NCBI GenBank assembly: GCA_963847445.1
Contig: CAWJZV010000048.1
Span: 128,001 to 192,000 of the forward strand
From: an uncultured delta proteobacterium
Lineage (GTDB): Bacteria; Desulfobacterota; Binatia; UBA9968
Direction: 5' to 3'
Length of the DNA stretch: 64,000 nt
A program made the position numbers and the translations under genes. Positions 19,277-30,358 of this stretch are shown here, in pieces (position 1 is the stretch's first letter; the number at the start of each line of letters is the position of its first letter). The notes under the pieces were generated by a model. The model saw only the letters and a list, made by a program, of their open reading frames with translations. It was not told where the DNA came from and made no database searches.

Positions 19277-20445
19277 TCATCGCTGTTTGCGCACCAAGAA
19301 ATACAGCCGTCCCTGCCGGTTCATGTATCCCGCCAGTGCGCCAGCCTGATCGCCTGTGCCAAAATAATAATCCGCCCGCTGCGGCCCGCGAATCGCCCCG
19401 CCGGTATCTTGATTGAGCACGAAACGTGTAACCGGCCGCCATCCCGCCAATTCACCTTGTGGGCCGATGACGGGGATTTCCACCTGCACCAGCGCCAGCG
19501 CGCCGCGTGGGAACAATCGTGAATCGGTGGCGATGGATCGACCGGCGGTAACCGGCACGCCAAGACTGCCCAGCGGGCCGCCTTCATTGAGACGAAAGAA
19601 AACATAACTCTCATTGTAGGCAAGTATCTCATCCTGCTCGCCGGGATTTTCCACTAGGTAACGGCGCAGCCGCTGCATCGACATCTCTTCTTTGGAGACT
19701 TTGCCGTCGTCGATAAGCAAGCGGCCGATGCTGCGATAGGGCAAGCCGTTCTGCGCCGCGTAGCCGACGGTCACCTCCCGGCCATCGCGCAAGCGCAACA
19801 GACCCGAGCCCTGGATATGGAGAAAGAACAAATCGATGGGATCTTTGACCCAGGCGATTTCGAGAGCGCGGCCGCGCAGGGCGCCAAGCTGGTCGATCTC
19901 GCGGCGCGAATAATACGGCACCGGCAGTTCATTCTCGATCCTGCCGGGGGTCTTTTCATCGTTCTTGGCGCCGTTGGCGCCGGCTTGCTCCTGCCCTGGC
20001 AAATCCGCCGGCACACCGTAAATCGCATAGTCGAATCCGTCGCCCGGCGTCAAACTGCCGTCGATCACCGGCTGATAGTAGCCGGTAAAGAGGACCTCCG
20101 CTTGATCGGCTGCGGCGCTCGATGGAATGATTTCGAAAGCCGCGGCGATGGCGCGCGCCAGGCAATCGCGGCAATGCCAATGATCGAGCAATCGGTCGAA
20201 TGCGATCAAGGAGTCGATCAGCTCCCGTGCCGTGAACGGTCGCGGCTGCTCGCCGACGATCCGTTCCGCCGGCAATTTTTTTAGATAACCAATGCTGTGG
20301 CCGATTGCCAAACGCAGCGACGCGACGTCGAGATCGTCGCTCAGCGCCGGCCACGGCACAGTAACCGGAAGCGCACAGCCGGCCACGGCGATGGCCATGG
20401 CGACGCCAGAGAAATCAATTGTGAGAGCTTGCAGCGCAGAACCAT
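19277..20445 (-). CDS. mltA: Membrane-bound lytic murein transglycosylase A
   Basis: FTGYYQP, LFFLHIQGSG, QDTGGAIRG..RADYYFG; lipobox VAGC. The start at 20445 assumes one frameshift in the signal peptide (ORF track start is 20398). Confidence 0.88.
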
Positions 20446-20465
20446 TTACGGGAAACTCAGCCGCG

Positions 20466-20834
20466 GTGAATCATCAAGATATTCGCAAAGAAGTTGCCCG
20501 GCTCATCGACCGGCTGCCGCGCCAATTCCGCGAGCAACTGCGCAACGTCGAGTTCGTCGTCGAAGACCGGCCATCTGAAGAACTCCTGCTCGCCGAGGAG
20601 CTGGACCCTGAAGAAGAGACCCTCTACGGTCTATACCAGGGCATCCCGTTGCCGGAACGCTCGAGTCTCGATCCGCCGCTCTTGCCCGACAAGATCACCA
20701 TCTTCGCCGAGCCCCTTTTAGAAGACTTCCCCGACCCCGAAGAGCTGCGCGAAGAGATCCGCCTCACGGTGCTGCACGAAATCGCCCACTACTTCGGCAT
20801 GGACGAAGAAGAGATCGAAGATTTGGGGTACTGA
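20466..20834 (+). CDS. Minimal zincin metallopeptidase (DUF1025-like)
   Basis: LYGLYQGIPL, PDKITIF, TVLHEIAHYFG (HExxH). Confidence 0.88.
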   Translation: MNHQDIRKEVARLIDRLPRQFREQLRNVEFVVEDRPSEELLLAEELDPEEETLYGLYQGIPLPERSSLDPPLLPDKITIFAEPLLEDFPDPEELREEIRLTVLHEIAHYFGMDEEEIEDLGY

Positions 20835-20837
20835 AGA

Positions 20838-20934
20838 AGACAGAGTATTGAGATAGAGACCGCCCTCCACCTTTGCCCGCTCTCATCCCGCCATCTCCTG
20901 TCTCTATCTCTATCTCGACTCTCTGTCTCTGTCT
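20838..20934. repeat. AGAGAY/RTCTCT periodic inverted repeat between convergent genes
   Basis: agacagag..gagatagagac ... gtctctatctctatctc..ctctgtctctgtct. Confidence 0.7.
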
Positions 20935-22022
20935 AGTCCCGGATATCCTGTAAAAACCACTCCGTCGGCAGCTCCCGTCCGACCTTGGCTTTCTTCGCCA
21001 GCTCGACCACCTTGCCGGCGCAGGCGGCGAATTGCAGCCCTTGGGTGCCGGCGTTGATGAAGAACGTCACCTGCTTATTGTTCTGCCGTCCGGGGACTTT
21101 GCCGGAGCGCACGTCCATGAAGTACTTGAAATAGTCGCCCTTGTAATTATCCACCGCCGGATTGGGAATGCGCGCCCGCTCTTCCGGCTGGCCGGCGATG
21201 TAGCCGACGTTGCCATGGAGGCGGACCATGCCTTCGTCCATCGCTTCAATGGTATTTCTGCCGAGCTTCACCGACAGGTCGCATTGCTTGATCACTGCGG
21301 GCCCAACTTCGCAGGCACGCACGCAGGTGATATGCGCGCCTTCTTTCAACCATTCGGGGTTGTCGAAAACCGTTTGCGTCGAGTCCGTGCAGGTCGCCAC
21401 GATGTCGGCCTCGCGCACGACTTTTTCCGGCGCGTCCACCGCCACGACTTCGATGTCGAGTTTACCGGTCATCTCCTGGGCAAATCGATCGCGGTTCGCC
21501 CTGGTCGGGCTGAAGACTTTCACCTTGCGCAGCTTGCGCACTTCGTAAATCGCTTCCAGATAGCTGCGCGCCATGCCGCCGGAGCCGAAGATGCCGACAT
21601 CGCAGGCGTCTTCGCGGGCGAGATATTTCACGCCCAGGCCGGCGCAGCCGCCGACCCGCATATGTTGCAGTCAAACCGTCGTTGATCATCGCCAGCGGTT
21701 CGCCGTTGCGCACGCTGAAGACCATCACCAAACCGCACCAGGTGCCGGGCTGCATGCAATATTTTTCTTCGGTCTCACCACCGGGCCAGTAGACCACATC
21801 CGATTTCATACGGATCGCGAACACGCCGATCTTGCGGCTCGCCCCCTCCATGGTGCCCCAGCGCCAGTAGCCGTCGGGCCGTTCACAGGGCATCCACAGA
21901 TCCAAGCGCGGCCGATAGACGGCGTCGCCGATCATCAGATCGTCGTAGCCGTCTTCGAGGGCGGCAAGACAATCTTTCATCGAGAACAGTTTTTCCACTT
22001 CCTGATTATTGATCAGTAACAT
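20933..22022 (-). CDS. Ornithine cyclodeaminase/mu-crystallin family protein, second paralogue (frameshift near 21670)
   Basis: MRVGGCAGLGVKYLAR, GIFGSGGMA, GTQGLQFAA, ELPTEWFLQD; GGAGG RBS. Confidence 0.88.
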
Positions 22023-22339
22023 TCAACCTCCAAGACTGACTGTAATGGCTCAAAACGAAATCCCAGTAGACTTAATTCTATACGCCGCAGTGCTCTCAAC
22101 ATTCAAGTCATAGCCATTTTGCAGGCTTATACCTGCATGGCACCGACTACGCGCTGACAAATTTGCCCAGCGGCCGCTTCAATTGTCGCCGCGCCGATGG
22201 CTGCCGACGCCCGAATCGGCAGGATTTGGCCGGTTTGAAGAATCGAGTCTGACAGAACCGCAACCGTGGGCCGTGAGCCGAGTGGCACTGATGTTGCTCG
22301 CCCTATGGAAAGGAGAGCGCCAGCTCGATTGAAAAGATT

Positions 22340-23351
22340 TTGAATACCGCCATGCTTAACATCATCATAACAGCGACCACTCTACTCGCCGCCGTTCTCC
22401 ATTTCACCCCCCTTGCCGCTGCTCAAGTGACAGGCGAGCTGGCACACAACCGGCTGGCCACCAACGAACAATTGAGCGACGCCGCCAGTCTGCACCAGCG
22501 CGCCTTGGGTAATCTCAAGGACGGCAACCCCGCGCGCGCCCTGGAAGATTTGCACGCATCAATCCAACTCAACCCGTATTATACCCAGTCGTACTATCTG
22601 CGCGGGCAGATCTTTGCGCAGCAGAAGGACTTCGCGCCGGGCGATTCACGACTTTGACAAGGCGATCGCCCAGGACAGTTCTTTCGCCAGCGCTTTGCAC
22701 CAGCGCGCCCTCGCCCACCAAGAGCGCCGCGACTACCGCCAAGCGCTCAAGGACTTCGACAACGCACTCGCCCTCGAACCGCTGAATGCCTTGACGCTGC
22801 GCGATCGCGCCATCGCCCACCGGGACGCCGGCAACTACGACCAGGCGGTGGACGACTACGAAGCGGCCATGCGTTTGGGCTTTAGCGCCGTCGATCCTCA
22901 TCCGATGGCCGACCTGTTATTTTTCCAAGGCCGCTTTCTCCAGAGCGCCCAGACCCTCCAGCAAGTGGTGCGCAGCAGACCGGACAACCGCCACGCCGCC
23001 CTGTGGCGCTATCTCGCCCTGGGTAAAGCCAATGACGATCGCGGCGCGGCGCGCGAGCTTGCCGAGCAATCGGCGCGCGCTGGGCTGGATAAACGCTGGC
23101 CAGCGGCCGTATTTGAATATTATCTCGGTAAGATCGACGAGTCTTCTTTGTATGCCGCCGCTGAGACGGCTGAAGAAAGCATAAAGACTGAGCAGCAATG
23201 CCAAGCCAATTTCTACGTCGCCGAAGCCAAGCTGCTCAAGGGCGCCAAGGACGAAGCAATTGCCCGGCTGCTGACCGCCAGAAGCCAATGCCCGCCCAAC
23301 ACGTCCTTTTTTCACGGCGCCAATGCCGAACTGAAACGCTTCGGTCAATGA
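22340..23351 (+). CDS. TPR-repeat protein, NlpI-like (frameshift near 22635)
   Basis: Signal peptide, several TPRs (DFDKAIAQD, DFDNALALEP), NlpI-like C-terminus ALWRYL..WP..YYLG..CQANFYVAE. Confidence 0.8.
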
Positions 23352-23560
23352 ATCCTCTGCTATCGATGTTTGACGCCAGTTAACCACCATCCGCCGCTCG
23401 CCGAACCAAGCGCAGCGAAGACGATTCCCTGCTCCAGCCTCGCGCGCGACCGTAGTGCGCGCAGTTCTCCCATTGCGCGCCGCAACCGGGATTTTCAGTT
23501 TGACAAGCCCACCCGCTTGTCGCAAAGATAAGCCGAAATTTGGCCCGAGAGGAGATTACC

Positions 23561-24472
23561 TTGAAGATTCTTCGTTTCAACGACGACCAGATCGGCGTGA
23601 TCAAAAACGACAACATGGTCGTGGATGTCAGCAACACCATCAGCGCGCGCAAAGCCAAGGGGCCGCAGCGGGTGATGGAAGAGATCATCGACGGCTGGCG
23701 TAAATATCGTAAACGGTTCGAAAAGGTTTTGGCCGAGCAGGACGGCGTGCCGCTGGCGAGCGTGCAACTGCGCAGTCCGCTGGCGCGGCCCGGCAAGTTT
23801 CTTGCCGCCTTCAGCAACTACATCGACCGGCCAGAGCGCACCGCCGACAACTTTCCCAACGAGTATTTCTATAAGTCACCGGACCTGGTCGGCCCCGACG
23901 GCGAAGTCGAGCTGCGCGATATTCCTTCCTGTGTGGTTTATCAACCCGAAGCTGAGTTCGCCTTTGTCATCGGCAAGACCGCCAAGGACGTAACCGAAAA
24001 AAAGGCCCTGGACTATGTGTTCGGCTATGTGCCGATGTTCGACATCTCGACCCGCGGCATGGTGCGGCGCACCCAGTTCGTCGGCAAAGGCCAGGGTTCC
24101 CATGGCTGCTGCGGTCCGTGGATCATTACCAAGGATGAGATTCCCGATCCGCATAATGTCAACGTGAAATCCTGGACCAACGGCGAGCCCCGGCAGAACT
24201 ATAACACCGGCGCCATGGCCCATAAGATCCCCAACCAGATCGCCTGGCTGACCAAGCTCTTGACGCTCAACCCTGGCGACGTCGTCGCCACCGGAACTTT
24301 TCACGAAGGCTTGGCGCCGGTGAATTCCGGCGACACCATCGAGATCGAGTTCGCCAACATGGGCCGGGCCAAGTTCAAAGTCGTCGGCAACAGCCCGCGC
24401 AAAGACGTGCCCTGGCTGCCCGGCAAAAATCAGCCAACCCCGCCTCCCGGCGGCGGCATGCACATCGTCTAG
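23561..24472 (+). CDS. Fumarylacetoacetate hydrolase family protein
   Basis: YQPEAEFAFVIGK, FDISTRG, GPWIITKDEI, TLNPGDVVATGT; GAGGAG RBS before TTG 23561. Confidence 0.9.
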   Translation: MKILRFNDDQIGVIKNDNMVVDVSNTISARKAKGPQRVMEEIIDGWRKYRKRFEKVLAEQDGVPLASVQLRSPLARPGKFLAAFSNYIDRPERTADNFPNEYFYKSPDLVGPDGEVELRDIPSCVVYQPEAEFAFVIGKTAKDVTEKKALDYVFGYVPMFDISTRGMVRRTQFVGKGQGSHGCCGPWIITKDEIPDPHNVNVKSWTNGEPRQNYNTGAMAHKIPNQIAWLTKLLTLNPGDVVATGTFHEGLAPVNSGDTIEIEFANMGRAKFKVVGNSPRKDVPWLPGKNQPTPPPGGGMHIV

Positions 24473-24477
24473 AAAAA

Positions 24478-24567
24478 TGGAGTGATGGAGTATTGGAGTG
24501 ATGGAATAATGGGTTCTCCGGAACCCATCACTTCCACACTCCATTACTCCAATCCTCCATTACTCCA
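24478..24567. repeat. TGGAGT 8-bp periodic palindromic element, copy 3 (contains the stop codon of the convergent permease)
   Basis: tggagtga tggagtat tggagtga tggaataa tggg ... ccattactccaatcctccattactcca. Confidence 0.9.
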
Positions 24568-25322
24568 ATTCCCTGCCCCGCTGCCACGGCAGCAACAACC
24601 GCTGCAAAAGATTGAATAGCTGATTGAGCGTGTAGCCGAGGAGCGCCAGGGCGAACATGCCGGCGTACATCTGCGCGACTTTGAAGCGGCGTTGGGAATC
24701 GAGCACGAAGTAGCCGATGCCGTCGGTGCTGCCGACCATTTCCGAGATCACCACGAGAATCAGCATGATCGGCAAGCTCACTCGCAGTCCGGTGATGATC
24801 TGTGGCGAACAGGCCGGCAAGATCACTTGCCAGATAATTTTTACCGCGCGACAGACCGAAGGTTCTGGCGGTGTTCAAGAGCACCCAGTCGATGCCGCGC
24901 ACACCGTCAATGGTATTTAAGAGAATCGGCCAGGCGCAGGAAAAGAAGATGACAAAGATCTTCATCTCGTCGCCCAAGCCGAAAAACAACAGCGCCACCG
25001 GGATCACCACCGGCGGCGGCACCGGGCGAAGCATCTCGACGATCACTGCGAAAAGCCGATAGATCGTCGGCGATAACCCCATAAAAATTCCCAGCGGGAT
25101 AAACACCACGGCGGCGAGCAAATAGCCCGCCAGCGCTCGTTTCATGCTGACGAGGATCTGCATGGGAATCTGCCCGGACCAGGTCAGCTCGGAAAATATT
25201 TTGAGAATCTTCGACGGCGGCGGCACGATCAGCGCATTGATCCACTCAGCCTGGGCAGCAAGCTCCCAGAGCGCTAGTAGCGTCAACAGAAACGCCATGC
25301 CGTTAAATCGCCGCAGTCCCAT
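24560..25322 (-). CDS. NitT/TauT/SsuC-type ABC permease (frameshift near 24840)
   Basis: EMLRPVPP, LNTIDGVRG..ARTFG (EAA loop), GLRVSLPIMLILVVISEM. Confidence 0.88.
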
Positions 25323-26105
25323 CACGCCGCCTGCCGCGCCATCATGCCGTGGCGCCACTTCATCGCGCGGCTCTCGATCATCAAGAACAGCCGATTGAGC
25401 GCGTAGCCCAGCAGCGCGACGACGACGATTCCGGCGTACATGTTGGCGCTGTTCATCGCCCGTTCTTCATCGAGGATAAAAAAGCCCAGCCCGTTGCTGC
25501 CGGCGATCATCTCCGCGGTGGTGACGAGAATCAAGGCGATCGACAAGCCGATGCGCAATCCGGTGACGATATACGGCGACGCGCCAGGCAGAATGATTTG
25601 CCAGAGAATGCGCCAGCGGCTGAGACCGAAGGTGCGGCCGGTATCGATCAGCGTGGGGTCGATGTTACGCACGCCATCGATCGTGTTGATGAGAATCGGC
25701 CAGAGGCTGGCATAGACCGTGACACTGACGATCATGCCGTCACCGATGCCGAGTAAAAGAATCGCCACCGGAATGATCGCCACCGACGGCATCGGCCGCA
25801 GCAATTCGATCATCGTCGCCAGCAAACTATGCAAAGAAGCGAAAGTAGCCGAGCATCACTCCAGCGAGCACCGCCAACAAGCGCAGCCAGCAAGAAACCT
25901 TCGGCGAAACGCGCCAACGTGACCAGCGCATGCTGCGTAATCGAACCCGCGGCAAAGCGCCTGCCCGAGAGCACCGAGAATCCGGCTCACCGGCGGGAAG
26001 TAGAGTTCGAGCTTGGGCGTGGCGCGGGCGCCGAGCTCCCAGATGAGCAGCAACAGATGCGAAGCTCGACCAGCCCAGCCAATTGAAAGGTTTCGCCTGG
26101 TTCAC
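25322..26105 (-). CDS. NitT/TauT/SsuC-type ABC permease (several frameshifts)
   Basis: [51 protein letters not shown]. Confidence 0.85.
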
Positions 26106-26889
26106 GGCGCACCCTGGGTTGCCGATCTGCCGGTAAATGTCGTTGCGCAGCTCCATGAAGCGCGCGTCGGCACGGGTCGTCACTTGATGGCGCGGCCGGG
26201 GAAAATCGCTTTTAAGTTCTTGCATGATTTGCGACGGCCGCCGGCTCAGCACCCAGATGCGGTCGGAGAGATAAATCGCTTCTTCGATATCGTGGGTGAT
26301 GAACAGGATCGTCGTCTTGAGTTCCGCCCACAGCCGCAGCAGCGTGTCTTCGAGCTCCAGCCGCGTCAGGGCATCGAGAGACCCGAACGGTTCATCCATC
26401 AACAAAACCTCCGGCTCGTAGGCCAGCGCCCGGGCGATCGCCACGCGCTGCTGCATGCCGCCGGAGAGTTCCCAAGGATAGTGGCTTTCAAATCCTTTCA
26501 GGCCGACCAGCTCGATCAGCTTGCGCGCCTTATCTTCCGCTGCCGCCGCCCCCGTCGATCGCGCGCCGCGCGCTGCCAAACCGAAACGCACGTTGCCCAG
26601 CACCGACCGCCAGGCGAACAGCGACTTATTGTACTCCTGAAACAACAGCACCAAGTTGGCCGGCGGCCCGTTGACTTCCTTACCGTTGACGATGACGCGG
26701 CCGGAACTCGGCGCCAACAAACCGGCAATGGACATCAACAAGCGTCGTCTTGCCGCAGCCGGAAGGACCGACGAAGGAAACAAACTCGCCGGCCTCCACC
26801 TGGCAAGTAATATTGCCAATCGCCACGGTCGTTTCGCCACCGGCTTGCCGGTAGCTTTTCGAAAGGGATTGAACGTCGAGGATGGGCAC
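26102..26889 (-). CDS. NitT/TauT/SsuB-type ABC ATP-binding protein (frameshift near 26735)
   Basis: [40 protein letters not shown]. Confidence 0.92.
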
Positions 26890-26905
26890 GGGCGGGATGG
26901 CAGAA

Positions 26906-26988
26906 TGGAGTATTGGAGTGATGGAGTATTGGAGTGTTGGGTTCTTGATATCCCATCACTCCGATCACTCCACTACTCCATCACTCCA
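26906..26988. repeat. TGGAGT 8-bp periodic palindromic element, copy 4 (inside the operon)
   Basis: tggagtat tggagtga tggagtat tggagtgt tggg ... cccatcactcc..ctactccatcactcca. Confidence 0.9.
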
Positions 26989-26997
26989 ACTGGGTTT

Positions 26998-27961
26998 TCA
27001 CGCTTTCGTCGCCAGATCGCTCAGCACATCCTTGCGCTTTGAGCGGCTTGGAGATCATCTTGTACTTGTAGGTCAGGTCCATGGTCACCTGGACATCTTT
27101 TTCGGCAATCGCTTTGTCAAATTGCGGCAAGCCGATCTTGCTGGCAAAGTCGGGGTTGAGGCCGGCCCATTTGATCATCGCCGCGCGCGCGCCTTCTTTG
27201 TCGGCGCGGATGGCGTCGACGCCGCGATTGATCGCGCGCACAAACCCCTGCGCGACGCCGCGGTTTTTCTGAATCCATTTATCGGAAGCGAACCAGCTGG
27301 CGATCAAAAAGCGCGGCAGGACATCGCCCCAGGGATTGGATAACACGCGGGCCTCCGGCCGGCGCGCCGCCACCGCGGCGAAGGGCTCCTGCACGCTGAT
27401 GGCGTCGACTTTGCCCGCGATTAACGCCGGTTCCATTTGCGGGAAGGGAATCTCGACGAACTTGACCTTACTCGCGTTACCGCCGTTTTTATCGACCCAG
27501 GCGAGGGCGAGTAAATGGACGATATTGTTGAGCGTGTTGACCGCGACGGTCTTGCCTTCGAGATCCTTGGCGCTCTTGATCGGCGAATCCTTGCCGACGA
27601 CGATCGCATGGGTTTCATTGCTGCCGCGAACGTTGGTCGCGCCGCCGGCGATGAGCTTGAAGTCGAAACCTTCGGCATGAGCTTGATAGAGCGAGATCAC
27701 GTTGGTCCAGCCGAATTGCAGGTCGCCCGAAGTCACCCCCTGGACGATCACCGCGCCGCCGGCCATCGGCACGGTTTCCAATTCGATGCCTTCCGCTTTG
27801 AAGAAACCTTTCTCCATCGCCATGAACATCGCCGCATTGTCGACGATCTTCATGTACCCCACCTTGCCCTTGGCCTGCGCCCAGGCGAAATCGCGCGCCA
27901 GCGAAAGGCCGGCGACACCGACGGTGACCGTGGTCAGGAAGTTACGACGTGAGATTTTCAT
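26998..27961 (-). CDS. Tat-exported SsuA/NMT1-type ABC substrate-binding protein
   Basis: MKISRRNFL twin-arginine signal; KGFFKAEGI, DLEGKTVAVN; probable frameshift at the extreme C-terminus. Confidence 0.88.
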
Positions 27962-28068
27962 CGAGCGGCTCCTTCTCGTCCTGTGCTTAAAATCAGTGAT
28001 AACGCACCACTAGATTCTTATTACAACCGCGAAACTAATAAAAGTAGTTGGACTGATTGACAAACAAG

Positions 28069-29949
28069 CTACAGATTCGGGCAGCTCAACCGAGGTTCTA
28101 CGGATTGGCGTGAAAGGCGGGCTCGCAGCCGCCGCTTGAGATCCTCGCCGACGCCTGGGTCGCGCGCTGAAATATCGACGAGCTCTTGTGGGTCGCCCGC
28201 CAAATCGTAAAGTAACGCTTCGCCGCTCTGGCAAGCGGCGATCAATTTATACTTGTCCCACCATATCGCAATCTTAGTTGGCAAGTAATGAACGATACCA
28301 TCGTATGGATATCGGTAATTGATTGCGACAACATCCGTTGGCGCCGGAACAGCGCCAAATTTGAGCGACTGTCCGTCCATCCAGTGCGGATTGGCAATGC
28401 CCACAACATTGAGAACCGTCGGCGCGATATCGAAGGACTGGGTTAGCCCCGCAACCCGTTCGCCCTTTTTCTGTCCGGGGTAGCGAATCAGCAATGGCAC
28501 CCGGGTGGAATTCTCAGACAAATCTTCACCATGCAAAAAATAGCCGCGTTCGAAGGACTCGCCGTGATCGGCAGTAAGGATCGCTAACGTGTTGTTGACG
28601 CTTGCCGTCGCTTCAAGAAACTTTCCCAGCTCCGCGTCCAGAGCTTTAATGGTCATTTCATAGAAACCCCGATAGGCGTCGACCGCCGGCTGAAACACTG
28701 GAGCGTATGGCGCGGAGAGCGCCAGTTGGCTGCCATCGACACGAACGGGAGCTGGCTCAAATCCCACAGGAATTTGATAAGGCCAATGCGGTTCCTGAAT
28801 ATGAACAAACAGAAAAAAAGGTGGGGGTAAACGCGCGATCAGATTCTTCACACGCGTCATCGTCTCGCTGATGTTACCTTCCATCGAAGCACGTCTTGGA
28901 AAAGCGAGAAGTGGGAAAATCCCCGCAAGATCTCCATACATGCGCCCACTGAAGCGGGTCGGATAGACACCAACATCGGTTAACCAGGAGAACAGGTTAA
29001 AGCCGAAGGCCATCTCTTCAGAGATATGCAATCCCGACCTCAAGCTCTGCAAGACCTCCGAGGCATCGCCGTTACTAGTCACGGCACCGATTGAGTACCC
29101 GTGGGCGCTCAAAAGGCTCAACAAGTTAAGTGGTTCAGGGCGTGGCGGGAATAATTCGCGATTCATTCTGCCATGGCTCAACGGGTGTCTGCCGGTCAAT
29201 AGCGTTAGCACACTCGTCATTGTCGTGGTGGCATTTGCATGCATCGCCAAATACGTACTGCTCGACTCGGCAAAGCGATCGATCGACGGTGTGGTCTTGT
29301 CCGTGTGCCCATACAGCGACATGCTCTGCGCTCTCAGCGAGTCGGCCACGATCAGGATCACATTGGCCCGATCCGCCGGCACCGCCGCGTTAGCAGCCGC
29401 CGCCGCAGGTTTATTCGCGCGGGCGGTCTCAATAATTCTCACGCTCACCGCTATAACCGTGGCGATCAACACCGGTACGACGACGCAAGAAAACATGTCT
29501 TGCCAACTTGGAATAATGTCCGTAGCGGGGGTGGGACTGATTTTCCGGCGCCTACGCAAGGCAAGGTACAGTGGGAAAATCACCAACAAGAGCAGCAATC
29601 CCACTGCTTTAGTGTTTGCCGGGTCGAGCTGCCAATTATCGAGCCAGCGCTTGAGAAAATAGCCGCTCGCAATGAAACAAGCGGATCGGCAAAGTGATTC
29701 ATTGACGCGGCGAACCACCGAAGCCTGCCAGCACAGACCGCCGAGGGTGACGACTCCGGCAAGCACCCCGATCCAAACAACTAAGGTCCAAAGCAGCGGC
29801 ACGCCACTGGTGAAACGGTCAAAAAAAGTCTCGTGACCGCTGCCGTAGACCGCTTGAAACTCAAGCGCCCAAAGGTAAACCACGAAACACAACCACGGTC
29901 GTAGGATGAGTCCGAATTGGCAATTCAAGGTGCGGGCGCCACCTAGCAT
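28069..29949 (-). CDS. Membrane-anchored sulfatase-like hydrolase/transferase (alkaline phosphatase superfamily)
   Basis: About 4-5 N-terminal TMs; NVILIVADSLRA, TMTSVLTLLTG, HIQEPHWPY, ILTADHGE, LYDLAGDPQE. Confidence 0.85.
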   Translation of the reverse strand: MLGGARTLNCQFGLILRPWLCFVVYLWALEFQAVYGSGHETFFDRFTSGVPLLWTLVVWIGVLAGVVTLGGLCWQASVVRRVNESLCRSACFIASGYFLKRWLDNWQLDPANTKAVGLLLLLVIFPLYLALRRRRKISPTPATDIIPSWQDMFSCVVVPVLIATVIAVSVRIIETARANKPAAAAANAAVPADRANVILIVADSLRAQSMSLYGHTDKTTPSIDRFAESSSTYLAMHANATTTMTSVLTLLTGRHPLSHGRMNRELFPPRPEPLNLLSLLSAHGYSIGAVTSNGDASEVLQSLRSGLHISEEMAFGFNLFSWLTDVGVYPTRFSGRMYGDLAGIFPLLAFPRRASMEGNISETMTRVKNLIARLPPPFFLFVHIQEPHWPYQIPVGFEPAPVRVDGSQLALSAPYAPVFQPAVDAYRGFYEMTIKALDAELGKFLEATASVNNTLAILTADHGESFERGYFLHGEDLSENSTRVPLLIRYPGQKKGERVAGLTQSFDIAPTVLNVVGIANPHWMDGQSLKFGAVPAPTDVVAINYRYPYDGIVHYLPTKIAIWWDKYKLIAACQSGEALLYDLAGDPQELVDISARDPGVGEDLKRRLRARLSRQSVEPRLSCPNL

Positions 29950-29983
29950 ATCGCTGGTCGATTATAAAATGAGATGAGACAAG

Positions 29984-30211
29984 TCAGGGATTCCTGCCAA
30001 ATATTTTAGCGAGGGACTGTCCAACCTTGACAACATATTGTTTGATGTAACGCAACCCATAGAAAAACACCGCTAGCGCGCCGTAGAACATGACGTAGAG
30101 AAGCTGCGAGATCAGGCCGCTGGTGCCTGGATCGACGTAAGCGAGTGCCTGGCTGGGAATGAACAATCCCAAAGTTACGACCACAAGAGTGCGGTGCTCT
30201 AGTCTCAACAT
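29984..30211 (-). CDS. Small membrane protein with an AYVDPG(T/S) motif
   Basis: Signal-like helix, AYVDPGTSG, a second TM and a basic tail; GGGAGG RBS before ATG 30211. Confidence 0.7.
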   Translation of the reverse strand: MLRLEHRTLVVVTLGLFIPSQALAYVDPGTSGLISQLLYVMFYGALAVFFYGLRYIKQYVVKVGQSLAKIFGRNP

Positions 30212-30358
30212 TTTTTTGCGCCTCCCAGGTGCCAAACCTCAGCGGCAATTATCGCCGCCTTGACTCTCAAAGACAAATTGTTTTCAAGATGGCCGTCGCG
30301 TCGACGACAAGCCGCCGTATGGTTGATCCGGTTACGGCTGCGCCGCTCACGCCACATG

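Noticed and set aside
11228-26988. TGGAGT repeats as a CRISPR array
   Set aside because: The units are 8 bp with no unique spacers, they are arranged as inverted arms, and there are no cas genes.
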